Assembly (NCBI GenBank): GCA_977017575.1 | Contig: CDRNVI010000144.1 | Span: 62,001-126,000, forward strand | Length of the DNA: 64,000 bases | Source: Paramoeba atlantica | Lineage: Eukaryota; Protista; Discosea | Reading direction: 5' to 3' | Part shown: one piece after another, positions 53,481-64,000 of the stretch | Layout of the letters: the number at the start of each line of letters is the position of its first letter | Numbering within the stretch: position 1 is the first letter of the stretch | Notes under the pieces: model-generated | Database searches by the model: none | Seen by the model: the letters and a program-made list of their open reading frames with translations, nothing else | Told to the model about the DNA's origin: nothing | Program-made: the position numbers and the translations under genes

Positions 53481-56117
53481 TTAAGCTGCACTTGCAATCA
53501 TAGTGTTTTTAGGATTGAAGTGACTTCAAATATTCCTTTTGAGCCTTCAAAAAAAATCTAATGTTATATCCATATGTTCACTCTTGTGGTCTCTTTTCTG
53601 ATTTGTTTGTTTTTTGGTTGAATGAAGATGGTGAAGGTTGAAGAAATGGAACAAAAAAGAAAAAGAAAAAGGAAAAAAAGTGTGTGTTTATTATTCTTTT
53701 GATGATTGGATTGTTTGATTTGAAAGAAAAGGTTATGCATAGAAGTTGAAGGTGATGATGTTGTGAAAGGGAAAAAAAGAACCTGTTTTGTCAATTGATC
53801 CAAACAGAAACTCTTTCACCAGAGACTCCCATTCCTGGATGTATTCTCAGTGATCTTGACTTGACACTGATTGTTTGAAGAAACTTTGATTCAAGTTCTT
53901 CTTCTTCTTCTTCTTCATTGTTTGGGTCAATGCAACCTGATGTAAGTTTATGAAGAAAACACTGATCACAGTAATCTTCAATGTCTTTGGCTGAACATTG
54001 GAAAACTTTTGAAAGTGAAAAGAATTGGCCAGGGACACAAGACTTGGTCCTCCCTCATCTCAACTTATGGCAACATATAGCTTTTGAAATGTTCTCAAGT
54101 AATTGCATGAATCTGGTCCAGTGGTTTGCTCAATCTGATCAAACCCCTCCACCACCCAAAAGGAAAAGAGAAGAGGAAATCAACCTCCAAGCAGCAAAGA
54201 AGCAAATGCTGACACAACTCAATGAAATGATTGAGAATTGTAAGGACCTTGATGAACTCAAAAGAAAATTGGACAAACAAAAATGATCCAACTGTTGCTA
54301 TTTATCATGAGCAAGATGACAGTTTCACTCTCATCATTGGAGCTCTGGAAAGAGATTTGTTTTGAAACTTTGCTCCCCTGCTCAAACCAGACAAGAGTCA
54401 TCAGAAAACATGAGTCAACTTGCTCCCTCAACAAACAGTCATCATTTTGGGTCTGAGGTGTTGCATGGGTCAACTTGTTCTCTAGTGTGCACTCCAAGAG
54501 CCCACATCACTCAAGGTTTCAGCATTGGCCAAAACACTGAGTATGCAATTGATAGGTCAACTTTATATAAGACATTTGTTAATGCATTGATGGGTCAACT
54601 TTCAATTTCAGTCTCAAACACCAGGCCACTCAAGTGGTGATGCTCTCACTGAACCTTATCTGGAATGGAGGAGGATGTTGAGTGCACACACCCATGCCAA
54701 AACCAAATGTAGGGCACAAAAGAGTCACCCAAAAGATTAATGCTTTATCTGAGCAAGACTTAGTTTGAATAACTGATGAACAAACTCCTAAAGAGAGGGG
54801 TAAGGACAAGCAGAGATATTGGAGAGGAGACAAAGCAATAAACCTGAATTGAACAAATGGCTGATTCATTTTGTAAACAAATGAGAAATCTTCTCTTGAA
54901 TGGAATATTATCAGAATCAAAAATAAAAGCAAAGAATAATCAATTTTGAATTTCCAATCTTGTGTCCACAAGTTCATCTTGCATGATCTGACATCTTTAA
55001 AGTAAATTAAAAACCAGAGGAGAAGAAGGCAAAGAAGAAGGAAGGGGTAAGACAAGAGTGGATGAGGGGCAAAATGGGGCACACAGGAGATGGACAAAAA
55101 GCGCACATATCATCAGAAGGAATGCAATATCTCAAAAGATATCCTTGATCAAAGAATCTAAGCACTTTCTGCACATAAAAAGCACTCTTGTACCTCATCA
55201 TTGTAGTCACCATGATCAAATTCATGCAACATGGTGTGGAAGACCAGCTTGTGGAATTAATGAGGGGAATAGGGGGAAATGGAGAAAGAGAATTTAGGAC
55301 TTGAGAAAGAAATAAAAGAGAGAGAGAGACACATGAGAATGGAAAGGATGAGAAAGTGAAATTTGATTTAGGAGAAATCTTCAATCCTATCAACAAGAAC
55401 AGAAGAAAATGATTCTCTAACACCAACTTTAGGAAATCCAAGGATCTTGAGAGGTGGATGTTATCAAATGAGGAGGTTCAAGGAGATTTCAAAGAAAGTG
55501 ATGAAGAAATATGAACCCAAAAGGAGCAAACTAGTAATGCCAATCAGCTCAGTTGGCCAAAAGGATGAATATTTCCCCCCTTAATAAGGGTCACTGAGAT
55601 CCCAGGGGATGCAAGGGGGGGTTTGAATATTGAGACCTTTTGTCAAGCCACCTTTTGGGCAGTTAAGAGGAAGCAGCCAAGAACCTATTTGAATGTTGAA
55701 TTGACCCAATTGGTTCAGATTGCAATCAGAAAGAAAAGAAGATGGAAGATTGAGATCAAAATAAATAAGGGGGGGGGTTTTGGAGTTGGCTTGAGAAACT
55801 CTACTCCAAAAGGGGAAAAGACCAAAACCAAGGATAATTAAGAGGGATAAACAATGGAAAAGAAGCCAGAGAAAGTACTCAAGAAGTATGCAAAGGAACA
55901 GAACAAAGAGGAGACTTCACCAACAGCAGCATCTCCAGCCTTTTTGTACCAAAGAGAAAGATTGATCTGAGATATGTGAACCACACAGCACAAAAACTGT
56001 GAGACTCTGGGAGAAATGTTTCACCATCTTCCAAAAGAAAAGGAAAAACCAGAAAAAAAGAAAAAACCAGAAAAACCAGAAAAAAAACAAATAAAATTGT
56101 TAAACTCTCCAGAAAAT

Positions 56118-58622
56118 CAGGTTCCTTCCAGGCCAAAAGACTAATTAGGCCCCTATTTTTGACTCTTTTTTTGAAGCCACTGGTGGGTGGAGGGGAGATT
56201 TTTTTTGATAAACTTTTTAATAAAGATCTTTTAAACAAGAATATCAAGAAATATTTGTCCAAATATTGTTTTTTGAAAAAAAAAATTGAGTCACCAAAAA
56301 AAAAAAAACATTATTTTTCAAAAGGACTAATTAGTCCTCAGTCATGTGCCTGCTCATATGGTCAGCAAAGCAACCTGAACAAAAAATGAGTGTTTGATCA
56401 CAGGAGCAATAGGTTCGAACTTTCTTTGTACAATTTGTCCCATTGCATCCTACTCTTCTGGTACTCTTGTCTGGCTCCAGTCCAATTACCATTTCACCAA
56501 ACTCCAGCAAAGTTGGGCTTGATCATCAGATGATGTTCTACATGAGTTGGGAGTGGTATTCGCAGGTTATAGCCTTCATCCAAGAGATGATTCTGAGAGA
56601 GTAGACCTTGGGCAACCTCAAAACGAAATTCTGCAAAGGAGAGCTCTTTGGCTCAGGGGAAAAAGTGCTGAAATATGAGGAAGGCATTGACTTCCACAAC
56701 TACAAGAATGAAAGCAAACTGCCTGTGGACCCATTTTTTGGTCTTCCAGGAACTCTCCAAGGAGAGAGAACCTTGCCTCAGTTGGTTGTGATCATCCACA
56801 CAATGCCTGGTTTGATAGTAAAAGTCAAGAGGCTGAGTATATCACAGGGAGAGTCTTTGGCCTTCAAGCTTGTGATTTCATGGGCAACCAGTGGGAAAAG
56901 AAGTTCCCCAGGTATTAATCATTATAGAAGAGTGATGAACATCTTGGAAAGCCTCCACATAGAATTTATAACCTCTCAGAGATCCTTTCTTCACTTTCAC
57001 ACATAACCAGGTTCCTTCTCCTTGAGGTGTGCAACAATCTCTTCCCCTGGAATTCCTTTGGGCCAATATCGTTTTTTCTTCACAACTGAAGTACAATACA
57101 ATCCCTTCTCAAAGAAGTTGAATACAACCTTCCAACACACAAAAACCACTATCCAAAGCAATTACTCGACCAGTTCCCCAAATTCCCTCAGTCATTCTAA
57201 GCATTAAACCAACAGTTTTCGCTCCAGAACCAGATGGAGGTTGAAACTTGGGCAGGCCCATTTCAGGAGGATGGGACTTTCCTTCCACAATTTCAAGAAA
57301 GAATATCACTCTAGTCTCCCCACAACCAATTGTATAATATTCATTTCCAAAAGGATGAGGTTCCCTCTGAACAAACATCCAACCAGGAGCCCATTTACAG
57401 AACCACACCACCATAGACTCATCCAGACAGACCTGCCAACTTGGAACAAAGATGGTCTTCATCTTTTCGTTAAAAGCAGCAATCAGGGGTCGAATTTCCC
57501 ACATACGGTCTGTGTAAGAGGGTTTTGCAGAGAGAGGAGCAAGTTTAAGAGAGGAGACAATCATATCAAACCGATTTCTACTGATATATTTCCCAAGATA
57601 AGGCAGTGTACCATGCAAGGAAGATCCAGCTGAATCCTTTGAAATTCGAAAAAAATCCCTTCTTTTATGTCCTGGGTAGAAAGACATAATCTGGCACAAG
57701 GCAATAAAATCAAGCATTTCAGCTTCAGTGAAGTTCAAAGAATGGTTAAACTCATTTTTGTTGCTTTCAGCACATCAGTTTTTAGAAAGGTTAGAGGCAG
57801 AACTTGGAGAAAAATATCGAGGGGAGTGGGGACATAAACAGCATCAAAGCGAATTCTTGTACAGGCCTTGAAGTCTTGTGCTCCTATCACAGCACGAGCA
57901 TCAGTTGTTGAGGAAGACCACTCAGAAACACAAAGGAAAGATCATTTTCAACGAGTTCTGCTGCATTGTCTTCCCCTTCCTCCTCAATATCAGAGCAAGA
58001 TTCAGTATCTTCATCATCAGTATCAGATGAGCCCAAAACAGGCACAGAGGTTGTTGATGCCTGGGATGAACCAGAACTTGATCCTCCTGAGCCAGAAGAG
58101 GATGATGAAGATGAAGATGGATGAGTTGAAGTCCCACAACCCTCTGAGACATCCGCTTCTCCAACAAACTTCAAATTTTCAGGGAGAGCCAGAAGGTAAT
58201 CATTCTGGAAGACAGGAGAACAAAGCAAAACTACCATCTGAGATTTCCTGTCATAGTTCTGAAGTTCCACCCTTTTTACCCTGAGTGAAGAGAGAGATGC
58301 TCCTTGATATTGGTCACCAAAATGTTTCCTTAGAAGATGAGAAGGGCAAAGGTTCACAGCTTTGCAGAACCAAATAGTATCCTCCTTCAATTCTTCAATT
58401 CTTGGAGAAGTTGATCCAGAACTCATTTTTCTCACCACTGTAACTTTTTTCATTCAGACTTTCTGAGAAAGGCATTGTGATGAAAATCAAGAAAAAACCT
58501 CAAAGAAACACAAAAGAAAGTCAAAAAAAAAAAAAAGTTCAAAAATGTGCTTTATTTTGGCCAACAAACAGGAGCCTAATTAGGCCCAAAAAGACTAATT
58601 AGGCCCCCCTGGAAGGAACCCG
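56118..58622 (-). mobile_element. Full-length piggyBac-like DNA transposon with 15-bp TIRs
   Basis: TIRs C(A/G)GGTTCCTTCCAGG at 56118-56132 and 58608-58622. Subterminal CTAATTAG palindromes occur at both ends. The element encloses the transposase relic. Confidence 0.85.
56330..58453 (-). pseudogene. piggyBac (DDE_Tnp_1_7 / PGBD4-like) transposase with stops and frameshifts
   Basis: SRNRF, CLDESM, HPFGNEY, LDSGF, VDDHN and a C-terminal Cys-rich CNGTNC..RTYCSC..FCSGCFADH. Confidence 0.85.
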
Positions 58623-58943
58623 ATATAATATTGTTAACCAAAATAAACCTGATCAAATTGTGCAATATCTTGATGCAATAAATGAGGAAATATATAATAT
58701 ATTTGTTCTCATTCTCACTTCTAATCTAAGAGAAGGAAAGAAAAGATTGAAGAAGAGATAAAAAAAAATGAAAAAATTCACTATGTGAGAATTGAACCTG
58801 TTAGATGAATAGATGGTTCTTGCCCTTCTCCTTATTCTCCTAAGGTTTGAAAAAGAAGTTTTTCAATCCCCCTCCTTTGAAACAAAAATAGAAGACATTA
58901 TTTGAAAAATAACTTTCTTCAAAAGAACAATGAACCCCCAGAA

Positions 58944-58995
58944 TTTTCATACTCTCTGGGTGCTAATTTGAAAATTTGTACCCAGAGAGAGTATA
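58944..58995. repeat. ~55-bp hairpin element (copy 3)
   Basis: ATACTCTCTGGGT ... ACCCAGAGAGAGTAT. Confidence 0.75.
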
Positions 58996-60769
58996 AGTCT
59001 TCTTGCTTGAGGTCATTTGAGTTTTGCTTGTATTGCCACTGAACAAGGAAAGAACCAAAATAGTCACTTCTTCAAAAAAGATCAAAAGAAATGAGTTCTC
59101 TGTTCAAAAAAAAAATGTGAAAAAGGAGGTGAAAAGAAAAGATAAAGAAGATAAAAACTAGTAAGAAAAAGAAAGAAAAAAGAACCTTGTGTCCTTACCT
59201 CTCACAGCTTAATAGATGGTCTCCCTGATCCAGTGTCCCCTCAAGGTAAAATGATTCCCATTTCTCTCAAAGTTCTTGTTTCTCAAAAGACAAAGGGAAT
59301 GCCAAATCAAAGAAAGGTCCCAACATTGAACTGGGGTGAGTCATAAAATAATTAAAGAAATAATTGATATTCTCAAGGATCCACCAGGTCTAATCCTCTT
59401 AAATAACATCAAAGAAATAATAGTGTTGTTTGAACAATATCAAAAGAACTATTTAACTTGTTCATATATAAAACTCCTTACAATCCATTCAATTTGTTTT
59501 GCCTTTCTCAATCTTGGGTGTTAATCACAAGCACAAAGTGGAAACATTATCATCACAACAAGACACTCCCTCAACAGGTATTCAACAAAACCAAATAACC
59601 CATAACCCAAATATCCAACCAAGAAACAACCACCTCTAAAAACCACCAACAAATAACAAACAACAAAACAATAAAACAACAATCCCCCCACAAACAAGGC
59701 ACAATACTCCAGGAACAACAAAACACAAAATAAAGAAGAGGGGAAAACCTGGTGTGATAATGAGGAGAAAACAATAGTGGTGACAACAACTTGCACAGCA
59801 GAAAGTGCTTTTGGTGAGAAGGTGGAAAATCAGAAAGGTGCCAAGTGTATTTTTTCTACCCCATCATGAATTCTCCATTATTGTTTGTGTTAAAAACCAC
59901 CCACTTCCACTCCCTTCATTCAAAAGGAAAGTCAATCAAAAAATTCAAAATAAAAAACAAAAGGAAAGGGGAAGGAGGAAAGGGAAAAAAAGAAAAAGAA
60001 GGAAAAGAGGGGGAAAAACAAAAGAGATAAGAAAGGGAGAAAAAGGGGAAAGATAAGAAAGAAACAGGAAGAAAAGAAGAAAAAACCTCTGATTGAAAGC
60101 AGATCAATCAAAGAAAAGAACCCTTTTCAATGTAATTCCACTCTTTTCTGATAAGAATGGAAAATGTGGAACACTTTTGTCTCTGTTCTAAAATAAAAGA
60201 TTAAACAAAAGAAAAGGAAGGAAGAAAAAAAAAGAAAGAAAAAAAAAAGAGAAAAAACAAAGAAAAAAGAGAAGAAAAAAAAGAAAGAAAAAAAACAAGA
60301 AAAAAGAAGAAAAAAAAAGAAAAAAAAGAACCTCATTTGGTGGGATCTCAAGTCTCCCTGACTCCCTAACTCCTCAGCTCCTCTCTCTCTCTCTCTCTTT
60401 CTCTCTCTTACCAAGAATTGAATCATCTTCTGGGACATTCCAATTCTTTGAGGGTTCCAAATCGCTGAAAAATGTCAAAGAAGAAAAAAGAGTTGTTTGA
60501 ACAAATCAAAAGGACTTTTTAATTTGTTCATAAAACTCCAAAACATCACCACAAAATCCCTTCAATTGTTCTGTCTTTCTTGTTTTTTGGTTATATTGTC
60601 ATCTAACAGAAAAAGAAAAAAGAAAAGAAAGAAAAATTAGTTTTCCAATTAAAAAAAAACAAAGAAAAACAAAGAAAAGAAAAAAAACACATCACAAAAC
60701 ACCCAACAAAATAAAGGTTTTTGATCTTAAGAAAAAGAGAACGAAAAAAGAAAGAAAAAGAAAAAGAAA

Positions 60770-61508
60770 AAAAGAAAAAAATACATTTGAACAAGATTCG
60801 TGAGTTGAGTGGTCATGTGAATGAATTCTTACTGAAATACCTACAAAGAGAAAAGAAAGAAAGAAGAAAGAAAGAAAAAAGAAAGAAAGAAGAGGGAAAG
60901 AAAGAAAAAAAGAAAGAAGAGGGAAAGAAAAGAAATAAAAAAAAAAAAATATTATGAAAGGGAGAGAGAAGAGAGAGAGAGAGAGAGAGGAGAGGAGAGG
61001 GAGAGAAGAAAAAGAGAAAGAGAGAGAAAAGTGAGAGAGAAAAGAGAGAGAGAAAGAAAGAAAAGAAAAATAATCATCAGAACAGTATAATTTATCCAAA
61101 AAATAATCAGAAGAAAAAAAAGAAAAAAAAGAAAAGAAAAAGAAAAGAAAAACATTTGAAGAAGATCAGAGGGTCATGCAAAATTAATTCAACAGGCATT
61201 GCCCACTGAGATAGTTGTCCGCCAAAAGCCTTTTTTAACAAATAATAGAGAGAAGAGAGAAGAGAGAAGAGAGAGAGAAAGAAAAAGTGGAAGAGAAAGA
61301 GAAAGAGAAGAGGAGAAGAGAGAGAGAGGAGAGAAGGAGAGAAGGAGAGAAGGAGAGAAGGAGAGAAGGAGAGAAGGAGAGAAGGAGAGAAGGAAAGAAG
61401 GAGAGAAGGAGAGAAGGAGAAAGAGAGAGAAGAATTAAATATGATAAAATTATTAAAAGAATAATAAAAGAAAGAAAAAAAAAAAATAATAAAATAATAA
61501 AATAATAA

Positions 61509-61539
<31 letters not shown>

Positions 61540-63090
61540 TGAAAATAAAAATAAAAATAAAATAAAAATAAAAATAAAACAAAATAAAAAATAAAAAATA
61601 AAAAAAAAAACATAATTTGGACATGAAGATTTTCAATTTCTAATGGAACAGCCCTCTCAAAGTATTGTCAGAAAGATCACTAGAAAGAGAAGAGAGAGAA
61701 GAGAGAGGGAGAGAAAAGGGGAGAGAGAAAGAGAGAGAAGAATGAAAAAGTTAAAAGAAAAAGAAAAGAAAAAAAAGAAAAAGAAAAAGAAAAAAGAAAA
61801 AAAAAAAAAGAAAAAGAAACAAATAAAACAAGAGAAGAAAGGAGATAGTTGTTTGCCAAAAGCCTTTTTTAACAAATAATAGAAAGAGAGAAGAGAAAGA
61901 GAGAAGAGAGAAGAGAAAGAGAAAGAAAAAGCAGAAGAGAAAGAGAAAGAGAAGAGGAGAGGAGAGAGAGAGGAGAGAAGGAGAGAATGAGAAAGAGAGA
62001 GAAGAAGAAGAAGAGAAGCAAAAAAACAGAGGTTGTGTGTTGCTCACCCTCCTCTCCCATTCTCTCTCCCCCCCCCCCAAGAACCCCCCCTCTTGCTCTT
62101 TCATTTTTTGTTTTCCATTGTGATTGTGGGTATTTGTAATTTTTTTTCATACTCTCTGGGTTCAAATTTTCAGATTCACATCCAGAGAGTATGAAAAATC
62201 CAAATGAAAAAAACACAAAAACATTGTCCTCCCAGATGAAATCTTCCAATCTCACAAACAAAAGAGAAAAAGAGAGGAACTAAAAAAAAGAATTACCCTC
62301 AAGAGAGAGAAAAGACAAAGGGGGAAAACAGCAGTGAGAAAAAAAAGAAAAAAAAAACAAGAAAAAAAAAGGGAAAGACAAAAGAAAGAAAAGAAAAAAG
62401 GAGAAAAAAAAACAGATGGAGAAAAAAGAAAAAAAGAAAACCCAAGAAAAGAAAAAAAAGGAAAACTCAAAAAAACAAAAAAAAAAAACCTCTTTTCTTG
62501 ATCAGCCAGAATGCCCCTCTCCCCTCTCCCTCCCATGAAACATCCCCCCCCACCCCCCACCCCTCCTCAAAAAATTATCATCATGATATTTGTGGTTGAT
62601 TCTATCACCATCCCTTTTAACCCCCCCCCTCTCCCCCTCTCCCTTTGCATTCCCCCCTTTTACTCCCTCTCCCCCCATCACCCACCCCACAGAAAAAGGC
62701 AGTTGTTCAAGTCAGTTTGGAAGCTCCCTCAATGGAGGTCACATTGAGTGGAAAAGAGAATGAAAGAAAGGAAAAAAAGAGAGGGAGGGGGAACTGAAGA
62801 GGTCGGAAGAAGAAAACTGAAGAGGGTGAAAAGGAGAGAAGAGGAAGGAAGAAAAAACGAAAAAAAAAAAACCAATTATCAAGCTGACAAAGAGCATCTT
62901 TTTGCCGAAAAATTAAGGGATCTAAATCAGCGGCTCAACCGCTTTTTTTTTTGTTTGGTGAAAAGGAGGAAGAGAGAAGAGAGAAGAGAGAAGAGAGAAG
63001 AGAGAGAGAGAGAGAAAGAGAGAGAGACTTTGTTTGGTAAAAGTTTGTGTTTGGGTTGTTGAATTCAAGGGATCTCTCCTCTTTTTCCTT
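60770..63090 (+). repeat. Dispersed composite repeat, copy B
   Basis: Same ordered islands as 105-2400, with the GAGATAGTTGT..GCCAAAAGCC island present twice (~61208, ~61843). Confidence 0.75.
62143..62198. repeat. ~55-bp hairpin element (copy 4)
   Basis: Perfect 17-bp arms TTTTTCATACTCTCTGG / CCAGAGAGTATGAAAAA. Confidence 0.8.
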
Positions 63091-64000
63091 TGGTTTTTTT
63101 TTGACTTTTCATGGTTTGTTTCTTTTGTTTCTTTTGTTTCTTTTGTTTTTCTTTCTTTCCTTTCCTTTTTTTTTGTCTTTTTGGATTTTTGTCTCAACCT
63201 TCCAAAGATTGTTCTGAGGTTTTCTTTCTTTTTTTGTCATTTCAAACTTTTCAAACTGCTGTTTTTAAATTTTTCCTCTTTTTGAATGTATTTTGGTGAC
63301 CCCCCAAAAAATCATATTTGAAGTGGAGGAGGGAGAATGAGTACATAGAAAGAGAAAAGAGAGAGAGAGGCGGGGGAAAAAAAAGAAGGATTGTTGCCTT
63401 TTCAAAAAGTAATTGCTAGATTCAATAAAAATCAATTTATTCAAATTTTAAAGAGCAAGTGAGTGGGTGATGTTCCTGCCCCCCCACTCCTCTTTTTTTG
63501 TTGTTTAAAATCAAATTGTTTTGTTGAGAGAAATAAGAATGAAAATTTTATTTGTGACCCCACAGAGTGGCAGAAAGAACACACTGCTTTTGAAGTGTTT
63601 CAGTGAATCAACTCACAAAACAAAGATTTATTTTTGAGAGAGAGTGAGTTGGTGTTTGCATTTTCGTTTTGGCTCTCACTCTCCCCTTCAAAATTGTGAG
63701 AATGGATGTTTACCCACTCAGCAAGCGCCTCCCATCAACCCTGACAACAGTGCAATAAAATGTGAGAGTTTAAAGTTTCCATTCTGGAATAAAAGACCTG
63801 GACTGGTGGGGTCATGAATGCCTTTTTTGTGCCATTTGAGAGGAATTTATTCTGGGGATGAAGGTCTGTTTGACTGAAAACCACAATCATGTCATTCACC
63901 AAATGAGGAAGACCACATTTTTCTCTGTTTTTTTGGTCTCTGTTCTCCTGCTGCTATTCCTGCCTTCACCATTGACTTGACAAGATGGTGGGTCACTTGT

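Noticed and set aside
58777-58802. tRNA T-arm-like remnant (minus: ACAGGTTCAATTCTCACATAGTGA)
   Set aside because: Only a B-box-like core is visible and there is no anticodon or D-arm, so it is too short to call even allowing for C>T/G>A decay.

Overview
Eukaryotic, AT-rich, repeat-dominated window from a non-fungal protist. The ~2.1-kb SSU rRNA, the 5.8S start GGATATCTTGGTTCTCGTAACG and polyubiquitin junctions without insertions suggest an amoebozoan, possibly Paramoeba-like (inference, not verified). Recognisable content: one minus-strand 45S rDNA unit, two identical 5S genes, several intact, decayed or truncated tRNAs, a 3-unit polyubiquitin with an internal stop, a cytosolic HSP70 pseudogene, L1-like and CRE-like non-LTR retrotransposon relics and a full-length piggyBac-like transposon. 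These sit among long A/G and C/T low-complexity tracts that produce most of the ORF track as noise. The most unusual feature is a 4.2-kb insertion in the 28S gene flanked by a 6-bp duplication (CTTCGA). It carries a tRNA-derived SINE, an rDNA-spacer-like segment, about 50 copies of an 18-bp dyad repeat, and a 7-exon, 661-codon gene (Ser/Pro linker, CxxC, HTH-like tail) that the ORF track largely misses. A second copy of the same SINE interrupts HSP70. By hand alignment the two copies differ by about 87 substitutions that all run C>T or G>A in the rDNA copy, a RIP-like signature outside fungi. CpG-type decay also affects rDNA, HSP70, tRNAs and transposons. All alignments were done by eye, and single-base frameshifts could be sequencing errors.
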